Below the pieces are notes generated by a model. That model saw nothing but the letters and a program-made list of their open reading frames with translations, was not told where the DNA came from and made no database searches. This document shows, piece by piece, positions 55,101 through 63,297 of a stretch of DNA of 64,000 nt; position 1 is the stretch's first letter; every line of letters starts with the position of its first letter. The position numbers were made by a program, and so were the translations under genes. Source of the DNA: Endomicrobiales bacterium (GTDB lineage: Bacteria > Elusimicrobiota > Endomicrobiia > Endomicrobiales > CAWCFT01); assembly GCA_963794945.1 (NCBI GenBank), contig CAWCFT010000018.1, positions 3,479 to 67,478 on the forward strand, given 5' to 3'.

Positions 55101-56334
55101 GGCCGGGCACAGCCCGGTATTTTTCAGCCAGGAAAACAGCGTGGTATATCTTTATATTGACGCCGAAGGCGCTGATTTCGCGGTGGGAGCAAGCCAGATT
55201 ATGGCCACATTGAGGGGTTATGGCAACCTTGAAGCGGATCCCCGCGCTTTAAAGATGCTTGGTATAAGAGAAACGGCAAAAGATAATGCTGTAGTATTTG
55301 ATTATACTGGCGGGGCCTTAGATAGAAATATGCTTTCTGATACCCCAGTGGTGCCTGGTGAGAACGTGAATATCGGCTTTGGCGCGATAAGAGAACTGGA
55401 TCGTGCGCATAAGAACGCACGAGCGCCTGCCGAGGTAGGCATTGAACGCGGCTGGAGTGATGAGCTCTTAGACCGAAGCAATATAGAAAGCTTTAATAAT
55501 TCAATCATTATTCCATCTGGAGACATCTTTAAACTAACCTTAGAAAAGGTTCGTCAGCTACAGAGCGAAGGCGCAAGGGTGCACGCGATATACGAAGGGT
55601 CAGATATTGAACAAGCAAGAGCTTTCGAGCGAACAGCCATAGGCTTGGGCCTCAACGGCATATTCTGCCCTGCTCTGAGCCCCGAAGCAATGGTCTCACT
55701 GACCAAATTAGATAATTCCGAACCTGCAGGTTTTATTGTATCCGGCCAGCTAGTTGGAGGCAGTGCCGAAAAGAGAAAATTTTATAGTTTAGAACTTTCT
55801 GCCGCTGACTATGCCGCGCGGATAGCCGCAATACGCGATACGGAGTTCCCTGTCGTAAGTATCAAGCTGGGCCAATTATCCACCGCGGACGCCGCTAAGC
55901 GCGTAGAAGCCCTAAAAGACCTGCCCTCTTCAGCAATTATTATCTTTACGGCTGATGATATAAAAAACAACGGAATGTTCAGAGATATTTCAGAAATTAA
56001 CATATTCGGCGCAAACCTCCTTAAATTCCTGCGGCTGACCCCGAGGACTATTTCCGAGAAGGAAGCTTTCCAGAGGCGTGTGGCGTTCGAGCTTGATTTT
56101 GGAACGTTTGAAGTGCCCCAGGACGCCGCGGCTTACATGGAGAACATCAGGAGTGAAAGGTTCGACCTGACCTCTTTCCCCGAAAATACTGAAGTTCTCG
56201 CAGCGGCTAAACTTCACTTAAGCGAAGAATCAGAACGTTCGGCTCAAAGACGTTTTCAAACAATCACTTGTCAGCCGCATAAGGGCCCGTATCGAGCTTG
56301 CCGGGAAAAGAAAAATGCTGGGGTTAGAAAATAG
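52030..56334 (+). CDS. Giant gene B, segment 8 (1434 codons; TM pair, GHKL ATPase-like domain, unassigned C-terminal regions)
   Basis: GTG-initiated ORF overlapping segment 7 by 127 nt. The frame change is plausible at the G4/C4 runs in gcaggggtgggagtccccggc (about 52034-52054). Confidence 0.9.
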   Translation: MRRGGSPRLLNPTGIHREMPLLHACEANVAFIQIFSKNNVQIANAVVVFAKNGAYVYGGYNNSSYNMDGVYGEAIKELTKYVPRVYLTKNSAGYSDLVNYGSNVEGEVIVQKPSVYFTGQYYDAGTVTSDGDLSVNLVNPLEVTYEGIRKNGGFEKKEEAKAPERVEIKSNIEWEKLQEMLDVQGLKKFSRIMSNFKKKVAEQGAFAVDNDYYDWVANDIRSWHRGDVSDAQIEEIADILVDFLESQQWPVEVLTGPDRTGILQVGGLGVVIGMALASWGLPVLGGVVLTLGVASLFVGPDAGKFKNFGGYFWQYISSFIPRLGKELSSALRHESSKQVAVSIARTTANNSGRTKKIVTESSADSSQSSIPNRTDAISPIILTENVVDFKFANTEEILRGLFVKWKNRVNTQTLSNENLRLIEEFLRAYGKPMDRDRLVNYDIVSTALRELLKNAFDAYISAAAEGKIRFRMMVEGNFLVFEVSDNGIGIEEQYYDNTGRLHVVPNDVLPYAYISTRYGGAGLGMLHTQILAQVHGGSLKYLTGQNDGYKTTARLTIPMTTVSIKFRNKDGRVMSAKTYLRIINKDKIEAQNKAEEDLIIQQYGIDRTTAEQAVRNGWTVERMKDIENINDNFCNIFEKRFGFTVRPKIIFKPSPNLPYNIATISRYNDPQINSWVFIAVTRFNYKTAVNTINNWYLEEFAHALQNNLFGERFASFPEMKPTDYAAFCAELKKGFTAKDSRLSVPPFNITSVTGRGSQYGSFYMLDEEILRQLFEVHAAALAWILSLTWLPQESLDSDRRFAYWDAAARIEEAEFPSHLFSGILPYLIGVRTPPNSSIRIPSLASHAAMWEAVLELNGKYGFIPAEKLKKIEEFVKIRQKAMQVTDLEGKNIYLALKESYKAYFLSVTQSFINSDKSIQELVQNNRINIKSNFFVQISLAITSYLSNLKYSSNIVAEWADKFMRERTNGLYGTELPMGVFIAENIGQLSGVQFEVKKYLPVVITSTKGNEKEIENTTTKNLGVTAGHSPVFFSQENSVVYLYIDAEGADFAVGASQIMATLRGYGNLEADPRALKMLGIRETAKDNAVVFDYTGGALDRNMLSDTPVVPGENVNIGFGAIRELDRAHKNARAPAEVGIERGWSDELLDRSNIESFNNSIIIPSGDIFKLTLEKVRQLQSEGARVHAIYEGSDIEQARAFERTAIGLGLNGIFCPALSPEAMVSLTKLDNSEPAGFIVSGQLVGGSAEKRKFYSLELSAADYAARIAAIRDTEFPVVSIKLGQLSTADAAKRVEALKDLPSSAIIIFTADDIKNNGMFRDISEINIFGANLLKFLRLTPRTISEKEAFQRRVAFELDFGTFEVPQDAAAYMENIRSERFDLTSFPENTEVLAAAKLHLSEESERSAQRRFQTITCQPHKGPYRACREKKNAGVRK
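52825..52930 (+). other. Pair of glycine-rich hydrophobic (TM-like) helices in B
   Basis: GGLGVVIGMALASWGLPVLGGVVLTLGVASLFVG. Confidence 0.55.
53356..53703 (+). other. GHKL (histidine-kinase-like) ATPase domain
   Basis: N box RELLKNAFDA, G1 box SDNGIGI (53482-53499), G2 box YGGAGLGM (53584-53604), then ..GGSLKY..TTARLTIP. I could not see a HisKA dimerisation/phospho-acceptor helix directly upstream. Confidence 0.65.
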
Positions 56335-56620
56335 CGGGCTTGAAGAAACGCTAGCCGTAGCACTTGACATGTCGGAAGGAAGGTTTGTCAAGAACGATAA
56401 CTTCGCCGGAGAAAAATCGGTTGCGGATGCTGGCAAAGCCTTAGACGACAAGGTCTTGTCATGGAAGTCGATCCAAGACCAAAAGATAAAAACGGCACAG
56501 GCCGCAGAGATCGCCGGCCTCATCATTCAATACGCCGATCCTCGCGTGAAAAAACTTGACAGAAATCGGCTCCGTGCGAGCGACCTGAAAAACACAAAGG
56601 CGATACTCGAAGCCGCATAA
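56315..56620 (+). CDS. Giant gene B, segment 9 (C-terminal tail)
   Basis: 101-codon ORF overlapping segment 8 by 20 nt. Its frame is open upstream (..DVFKQSLVSRIRARIELAGKRKMLGLENSG..). The stop at 56618-56620 is the proposed end of the giant gene. Confidence 0.7.
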   Translation: MLGLENSGLEETLAVALDMSEGRFVKNDNFAGEKSVADAGKALDDKVLSWKSIQDQKIKTAQAAEIAGLIIQYADPRVKKLDRNRLRASDLKNTKAILEAA

Positions 56621-56699
56621 TGTTTTACGAGCAAATCCCCTCGCCGACGATACTGTGACATTCGACATCTTATTTTGCTCCATTTTTTCGGCCGCACAC

Positions 56700-56728
56700 T
56701 TGATTTAATCCCATTTCTTTACTATCAT
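56700..56728 (+). promoter_or_regulatory. Possible sigma70-like promoter for the efflux genes
   Basis: TTGATT (56700-56705) - 17 nt - TATCAT (56723-56728), in the 142-nt gap after the giant gene. Confidence 0.35.
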
Positions 56729-56762
56729 TAGAAACGTTGTTGAAACTTTACGTGAACAGAAA

Positions 56763-58091
56763 ATGTCTAAATTTCAATGCTTTAATACCAAAAGGAAATA
56801 CATAAATTTACTTATGAAAATTAAGACGATTTTGTTGGTTGGTTTAGCCGTTTTGTTTTGCAGGTCTTTCGGTTTTACACAGGACACCATCCCATCCTCT
56901 CCCTTAAGCTGGGCCGAATGCGTTTCTATAGCATCCCGCAATAACCCCGCGCTTGCTGCGGCGTGGCATGCTTTAGAGACGAGCAAGGCAACATACTCCG
57001 GAAGTTACAACAGCATTTACCCTAATTTATCTTTGTCTCACACCTACTCAAATTCCGAGAACACGAACGGCGTGGGAAACACCATAGTCTGGCAAACCGA
57101 AGGCAGCGTGAACTGGAATATATTTAACATGTCGCAGATCAATACTATAAAGATCTCGCAGGCTCAGGAAATACAAGCTGAAGCGACCCTTCGGCAGGCT
57201 TCCGCCTCCCTGCGTTACAGCCTCTCCGCAGCGTTTTATCAAGTGCTTTACGACCAGGAAAACATAGAAGTTTCAAAAAACGTTCTAGAGATGCGCGACA
57301 AATCGTCCCAATTGGTGACACTGCGATACGAATCCGGCACCGGATATAAGGGTGATATGCTGACAGCAAAAGCAGAGCTTTTTTCGGCCAAGGCAGACCT
57401 TGCCCAGGCAAACAGAAGTCTTCGTGCCGACCAGCGGGTTTTAAACCAGCAGCTTGGCTTTGACGAGTTTACGGTTATTAGCGTTACAAGCACGTTTACC
57501 GTGCACAACCCCGGAGACCTGCCTAAAGATTTCGAGTCACTATTAGCTAAGCGTCCGGACATAATTGCTCAATACGCGATATTAAAAATAGCTCAACTGA
57601 ACTTGGACCAGGCCAAAAGCTCGCTTTGGCCCATTTTATCGGCAAGCTATTTGCTGTACAACTCAGGCCCAAATGAATTTCAGGAACCTCATTCCGGCTG
57701 GGGTTTAGGCCTCAGCTACCCGATATTCGGCGGCGGCCCGACAGCTACTTACTACGCAATAACCGCTGCAAAAAGCAGCCTTGAACAAGCCACACAGAAC
57801 ATGCGCACTATCCGCGAACAGGCTCTTTCTAACATTGAAGCTGCCTGGTCAAATTTTGAAGGCGCGATAGACCAGACAAAAGTCCAAGCTGCGATGCTGG
57901 AGTCCGCAAGGGTGCGCAACGACGAAGCCGATATCCGTTACAGCAGCGGCCTCATGACATATGACAACTGGGAGATAATCGCTTCTGCCCGCATTAGCCA
58001 GGAACATACGGCTATTCAGTCTCAATTAACCGCTTTAAATGCTGAAGCGGCATGGGCTCAATCTTTGGGCAAACAATTAGAAGAACAATAA
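56763..58091 (+). CDS. TolC-family outer-membrane efflux protein
   Basis: Signal peptide (alternative start MKIKTILLVGLAVLF at 56814). Two repeated halves show outer-membrane-factor features (..LSWAECVSIASRNNPAL..AQLNLDQAKSSLWPILSASY..). About 440 aa. Confidence 0.8.
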   Translation: MSKFQCFNTKRKYINLLMKIKTILLVGLAVLFCRSFGFTQDTIPSSPLSWAECVSIASRNNPALAAAWHALETSKATYSGSYNSIYPNLSLSHTYSNSENTNGVGNTIVWQTEGSVNWNIFNMSQINTIKISQAQEIQAEATLRQASASLRYSLSAAFYQVLYDQENIEVSKNVLEMRDKSSQLVTLRYESGTGYKGDMLTAKAELFSAKADLAQANRSLRADQRVLNQQLGFDEFTVISVTSTFTVHNPGDLPKDFESLLAKRPDIIAQYAILKIAQLNLDQAKSSLWPILSASYLLYNSGPNEFQEPHSGWGLGLSYPIFGGGPTATYYAITAAKSSLEQATQNMRTIREQALSNIEAAWSNFEGAIDQTKVQAAMLESARVRNDEADIRYSSGLMTYDNWEIIASARISQEHTAIQSQLTALNAEAAWAQSLGKQLEEQ

Positions 58092-58173
58092 ACAACGATT
58101 TCGGACCGAAAGGTTAATTTCGAAACAATGCCTGATTAATATTATGTTCCCGAATACCCAGGAGGAGCAGTAA

Positions 58174-59166
58174 ATGAAGAAATTACTTGTAATCTTTATC
58201 GTGGTCGCGGCGCTTGCCGGCGGCGGATGGTGGCTGTTTTCAGGCAAATCGAAAAAACACCAGTTTTCGGGGACTCAAACTATTACCGTCACACAAGGAA
58301 CGATCAAACAAACCGTTGAAGCTACAGGCGCCATAACGCCTCTCAACAGGGTGGAGATAAAACCGCCCATAGGCGGCCGTATAGAACAACTTCTTGTACA
58401 CGAAGGCGACAAGGTAAAAGAGGGCCAGATACTCGCATGGATGAGTTCAAGCGACAGGGCTGCTATCCTAGACGCGGCGCGCAGCCAGGGCCCGGATGAA
58501 CTCAAAAAATGGGAAGACGATTATAAAGCAACGCCTATTGTAGCTCCCTTATCCGGCGTTATAATACTAGAAAATGTTGTCGTGGGTCAGACAGTTGACG
58601 CGACTACGGTAATTTACGCTATGTCCGATTACCTTATAGTCCTGGGCCAGGTTGACGAGTCGGATATCGGCAAGGTGCACGTTGGTATGCCGTCCATGAT
58701 AACGCTCGACGCCTATCCCACCAAGGCCGTAGAAGGCAAAGTATTCGATATTCTTTATGAAGGCAAAAACGTTTCGAACGTTATTACATACGGTGTCAAA
58801 GTGAAAGTAGCGCATGTACCTGACTTTTTCCGCTCCCAGATGACCGCGAACATAAGCTTTATAGTTAAAAGTAAGGATAACGCGGTGCTTGTGCCGGTTA
58901 GTGTGGTAAAAGACATGCCCAACGGCACCAAAACCGTAACAGTTCCAGGTCCCAAAGGCAAACCGGAAATGAAGGTGGTAACCACCGGTATAGAAAGCAA
59001 CGATAAAATTGAGATCACTTCTGGCCTTGAACCGGGCGATAAAATCCTCTTGTCCCGCGGCAAATATACGCCGCAACAGCCCCCTCAGTCTAGTCCTCTC
59101 GCGTTGGGAGGCTCCAGCAGGCCAGGCGGCAACAGCGGAGGACAGAACCGCTCATCGTCTCGCTAA
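58174..59166 (+). CDS. Periplasmic adaptor (membrane-fusion protein, HlyD/MacA family)
   Basis: N-terminal anchor MKKLLVIFIVVAALAGGGWW. Lipoyl-like halves ..GRIEQLLVHEGDKVKEGQILAWM.. / ..APLSGVIILENVVVGQTV.., then beta-barrel segments. Gly/Ser/Pro-rich tail. Confidence 0.8.
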   Translation: MKKLLVIFIVVAALAGGGWWLFSGKSKKHQFSGTQTITVTQGTIKQTVEATGAITPLNRVEIKPPIGGRIEQLLVHEGDKVKEGQILAWMSSSDRAAILDAARSQGPDELKKWEDDYKATPIVAPLSGVIILENVVVGQTVDATTVIYAMSDYLIVLGQVDESDIGKVHVGMPSMITLDAYPTKAVEGKVFDILYEGKNVSNVITYGVKVKVAHVPDFFRSQMTANISFIVKSKDNAVLVPVSVVKDMPNGTKTVTVPGPKGKPEMKVVTTGIESNDKIEITSGLEPGDKILLSRGKYTPQQPPQSSPLALGGSSRPGGNSGGQNRSSSR

Positions 59167-59179
59167 GCTACAGGCACAT

Positions 59180-61159
59180 ATGTCAATAATCGAGTTAAAC
59201 AATATCACGAAATCCTATTGGATTGACGGCGAAGAGCTGAAGATCCTTAAAGGCATAAGCATAAAGATAGAACCGGGTGAGTTCGTAGCTATCATGGGTC
59301 CGTCGGGTTCGGGCAAATCCACCATCATGCAAATTATGGGCCTGTTGGACAGGCCTACATCCGGGTCATACCACCTACTCGGACTTGATGTATCCAAACT
59401 TTCCGACGACGAAGGCGCGGCAATCCGCTCAAAGACCATTGGATTTATTTTCCAGATGTTCAACCTCCTTGCGCGCACCAGCGCTGAAGATAACGTGATG
59501 CTTCCCATGATCTATTCAGGATGCCCCGACCGTGTGGAGCGTTCGCGGGAACTTCTGACAACCGTTGGGCTTAAAGACAGGATGGACCACAAGCCCAACG
59601 AACTTTCTGGCGGACAACAGCAGCGTGTGGCCATTGCCCGCGCGCTCGTTAACAGTCCCATGATAATTTTTGCCGACGAACCCACCGGTAATCTTGCCTC
59701 GGACCAATCCGAAGAAATACTGCAAAGGCTTAAAGACCTCAATGCCAGCGGTATCACCATAATTCTTGTAACTCATGAACCTGATATTGCCGCGCATGCA
59801 AAAAGGATATTACATTTAAAAGACGGAATGATAGTTTCAGATGAATTTACAAAAAATAACGTGCAAAATGATAAACGGTCTGATAAACCGGGGCTTGGTT
59901 CAGAATCACTTAAACATATAGAACCGTCATTCGCATTGAGAATGGCCCAGTATAAGGAATACGGCGCTTCAGCCTTGAGAGCTATGGCATCGAACAAAGT
60001 GCGTAGTGGGCTTTCTATGCTAGGCATACTAATTGGAGTTGCCGCGGTTATCGCTATGCTCGCCGTCGGCAAAGGCGCCCAAAAAGCGGTTGAAGCGCGG
60101 CTGGCAAGCCTCGGCTCTAACCTGCTTATGATGCGGCCGGCAGGCGGCATGTTCGGCGGTGTGCGGGCCGCCGGGGGTTCCGTAAGCCGTCTCAGGCTTG
60201 AAGATGTGAAGGCCATTTCAAGCATACCTCATGTTAAACACGCCGAGGGCAATGTTCAGGGAAACGTTCAAGTAGTTTACAAAGACCAGAACACCAATAC
60301 CAGGGCAACAGGCGCACCTTACGTATACGAACAAATACACAACGCTACCCCTTATTACGGGCGTTTCTTCACAGAAAATGAAGACTTAAACCTTTCACGC
60401 GTCTGCTTGCTGGGACAGACAGTCATAAATAACCTTTTCGTCGGCAAGGAAGACCCCGTAGATAAAATTATAAAGGTCAACCACGATAATTACAGAGTCA
60501 TAGGCGTCCTTCCGATGAAAGGCTCTACCGGCTTTCAGGACCAGGACGACATGATATTGATACCTCTAAATACTGCAATGAAAAGAACTCTCGGCATGGT
60601 TTATCTAAATACCATAAATGTAGAGTGCGAAACAAGCGACAGCATACCGCAAGTAATGACTGATATCGCTGCCCTCATGCGGAAACGCCATCATTTACCG
60701 GATTATAAAGATGATGACGTGGATATAAGGAACATGGCTGATATCCAGGCAGCTCTTTCGGGGACCACACAGACATTCACACTGCTGTTGGGAATTGTTG
60801 CTACGATCTCTTTGCTGGTCGGCGGTATAGGGATTATGAATATCATGCTTGTTTCCGTAAGCGAACGCACTAGAGAAATAGGGCTAAGGAAGGCCGTAGG
60901 GGCACCCAGGCGTGCGATACTTATACAGTTCCTTATTGAATCAGCTGTACTTTCTACCCTCGGCGGGGTCATCGGCATCATGCTTGGAGTCGCCATATCA
61001 TTGTCATTGTCGTACTTTGCGGGCTGGGCCGCCATAGTGGCGCCACAGTCTATCGCCCTGGCGTTTACCTTTTCGGCAACAGTAGGCATAATCTTCGGCT
61101 TCTGGCCAGCGAGAAAAGCCTCAATGCTTTCCCCCATCGAAGCTCTCCGCTACGAATAA
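59180..61159 (+). CDS. macB: MacB-type ABC transporter (fused ATPase plus FtsX-like permease), intact copy
   Basis: The start is at the ATG at 59180 ([13 protein letters not shown]); the track ORF start at 59009 overlaps the adaptor gene. Walker [10 protein letters not shown], signature [15 protein letters not shown], Walker [13 protein letters not shown] large periplasmic loop and an FtsX-type C-terminus follow (..[36 protein letters not shown]). Confidence 0.9.
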   Translation: MSIIELNNITKSYWIDGEELKILKGISIKIEPGEFVAIMGPSGSGKSTIMQIMGLLDRPTSGSYHLLGLDVSKLSDDEGAAIRSKTIGFIFQMFNLLARTSAEDNVMLPMIYSGCPDRVERSRELLTTVGLKDRMDHKPNELSGGQQQRVAIARALVNSPMIIFADEPTGNLASDQSEEILQRLKDLNASGITIILVTHEPDIAAHAKRILHLKDGMIVSDEFTKNNVQNDKRSDKPGLGSESLKHIEPSFALRMAQYKEYGASALRAMASNKVRSGLSMLGILIGVAAVIAMLAVGKGAQKAVEARLASLGSNLLMMRPAGGMFGGVRAAGGSVSRLRLEDVKAISSIPHVKHAEGNVQGNVQVVYKDQNTNTRATGAPYVYEQIHNATPYYGRFFTENEDLNLSRVCLLGQTVINNLFVGKEDPVDKIIKVNHDNYRVIGVLPMKGSTGFQDQDDMILIPLNTAMKRTLGMVYLNTINVECETSDSIPQVMTDIAALMRKRHHLPDYKDDDVDIRNMADIQAALSGTTQTFTLLLGIVATISLLVGGIGIMNIMLVSVSERTREIGLRKAVGAPRRAILIQFLIESAVLSTLGGVIGIMLGVAISLSLSYFAGWAAIVAPQSIALAFTFSATVGIIFGFWPARKASMLSPIEALRYE

Positions 61160-61193
61160 ACTGTCTTTAGATAGTTTAATTTCTCTTCAGCCT

Positions 61194-63167
61194 ATGCCAC
61201 TTATAAAACTCGAAAACATAACCCGTTCCTACAAGATGGGCAACACAGAGCTCCAAGTACTCAAGGGCATTTCTCTTGAGATCGAAGAGGGCGAGTTTCT
61301 GGCAATAATGGGGCCTTCGGGATCTGGAAAGTCCACGCTGATGCAAATACTAGGCCTCCTTGACCGGCCTACCTCCGGAAGTTATCGTATACTAGGCCAG
61401 GACGTTTTGCAGTTTTCCGACGATGAATGTGCGACGCTACGCTCAAGAACCATCGGCTTCATCTTCCAAATGTTCAACCTTCTTCCCAAGACCTCAGCTT
61501 TAGATAATGTGATACTCCCAATGCTATATGCAGGAAATCCTGACCGCCAATCACGCGGCATGGAGCTTCTCAGGGACGTGGGTATGGGAGACCGCTTGTT
61601 ACATCACCCAAACCAGCTTTCTGGAGGCCAGCAGCAAAGAGTTGCGGTTGCCCGCGCTCTAGTTAATCAACCAAAAATACTGTTCGCCGATGAACCCACG
61701 GGCAACCTCGCCACCGCACAGTCAGAAGAAATACTCGGGCGGCTTAAGGCTTTGAACAGAAGCGGCATCACGGTAATTATGGTTACGCATGAGCCCGATA
61801 TCGCGGCTCACGCGAAAAGGATTATTCACATTAAAGACGGGCTGGTGATCTCGGACGAACATAATAAGGATTATTCTTATAATATCACAGAAGACCCGGG
61901 CCTGCAAAACGAAATAGCCAGGGAACATACCTTACATGTAAAACCACCGGAACTGAGCATGGCGGAATTTAAAGAGTACAGTTTGTCGGCCCTTCGTGGC
62001 ATGGCCGCGAACAAGGTGCGCAGCGCCCTTTCGATGCTGGGCATTCTTATAGGTGTTTCCGCTGTTATAGCTATGCTTGCTATTGGTACTGTGCCCAGAA
62101 AGCGATTGAAGCGCGGCTAGCGGCCATGGGGTCAAATGTAATAATGCTGTTCGCCGGCGCGCCCAGCACCCGCGGTGTACGTCTGGCGGCAGGCAGTGTT
62201 AGCAGGCTGACACTGGAAGACGCAAAGGCCGTCCAAACGGCAAACCCTAATGTCGCGAGAATATATCCTGAAGCCGAAGGGAACGTGCAGGTAGTTTACG
62301 GTAACCAGAATGCCAATACCGAAATGCAGGGAGTCACGACGAGCTACGAAGCCATACGCCGCGCGACACCTGTTTATGGACGTTTCTTTACCGAAACGGA
62401 GAACGCATCACTGGCGCGGGTTGTACTTCTTGGCCCCACCGTGGTAAAGGAATTGTTCGATATGGATGACCCTGTCGGTAAAATGGTCAAGATCAACCGC
62501 ATATATTTCAAAGTTATCGGTATACTACCAACCAAAGGAACCGCGGAACAGGACGATATGATAGTTGTCCCCATCACCACTTCGATGAGGCGGGTTCTAG
62601 GTGTAGAATATCTTCACGAAATGGCGGTAGAGTGCGCGACCCCAGATTCAATACCGGACGTTATCGCGGATATCGAACGCCTGATGAGGCATAGGCACGG
62701 TTCTGCCTGCTTACAAGGAAGATGATTTTACGATTAGAAATAATGCCGACATGCAAGTGGCAATGAGTAATACTACACAGACTTTTTCATCTCTTCTCGC
62801 GATAGTGGCGGCGATCTCACTTCTCGTCGGCGGTGTGGGCATAATGAACATAATGCTTGTCTCGGTAAATGAAAGGACCCGCGAGATAGGCCTGAGAAAA
62901 GCCGTAGGCGCCACCAGCCGGGCGATATTGATACAGTTCCTGATAGAGTTCTGCGCTCCTTTCAATTATCGGCGGTATTATCGGAATAGTGTTGGGCGTC
63001 GGAATCGCTTTTACGGTTTCCAACATGGCGGGATGGGTAGTTGTTGTCAATTACCAGTTGGTCGCTATTTCATTCTTTTTTTCGGCAACCGTTGGCATAG
63101 TGTTCGGTTTCTGGCCCGCAAGAAAAGCTTCTCTTCTCTCCCCCATTGAAGCTCTCCGCTACGAATA
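61194..63167 (+). pseudogene. macB: Second MacB-type ABC transporter paralog, with the reading frame broken at least 3 times (decay or assembly indels)
   Basis: Pieces 61194..62120, 62126..62725 and 62751..63149, plus a final shifted stretch ending ..[21 protein letters not shown] at 63167. Shifted frames restore collinearity with the intact copy at about 62092, 62700 and 62948. Confidence 0.75.
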
Positions 63168-63195
63168 GCCTGCCCTGACAGCCAGAACCGTCGGG

Positions 63196-63224
63196 TTGAC
63201 TACTTACACTTTTTCTTTTATAAT
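63196..63224 (+). promoter_or_regulatory. Near-consensus sigma70 promoter
   Basis: TTGACT (63196-63201) - 17 nt - TATAAT (63219-63224). AGGAGG at 63279-63284 precedes the ATG at 63298. Confidence 0.55.
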
Positions 63225-63297
63225 CTAGCGTACAAGGTGAATTTCGGCTATAGAGTCTTTTTCTTGAGACATTTCTTAGGAGGCGCCGCTAATTAAA

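Noticed and set aside
22157-56334. The ORF junctions interpreted as programmed ribosomal frameshift sites, or as ordinary translationally coupled separate genes.
   Set aside because: No common slippery heptamer or downstream structure is shared by the junctions. The overlaps (up to 127 nt) are long for coupling. Identical-looking breaks occur in pfkA and other unrelated genes, so random 1-nt indels are the simpler explanation. This remains to be tested with reads.
20832-56620. The giant ORFs interpreted as an NRPS/PKS megasynthase or as a classical giant adhesin or RTX toxin.
   Set aside because: Reading the translations, I saw no condensation (HHxxxDG), adenylation, ketosynthase or carrier-protein (GGxS) motifs. 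I saw no Ig/cadherin-like short tandem repeats and no GGxGxD nonapeptide repeats or RTX-type C-terminus. The recognisable domains are unrelated enzymes separated by membrane segments.
59009-59179. Upstream extension of the first macB ORF (track start 59009).
   Set aside because: It overlaps the last 158 nt of the adaptor gene in another frame. MacB-type ATPases begin close to the ..I.L.N..K.Y motif, which follows the ATG at 59180.
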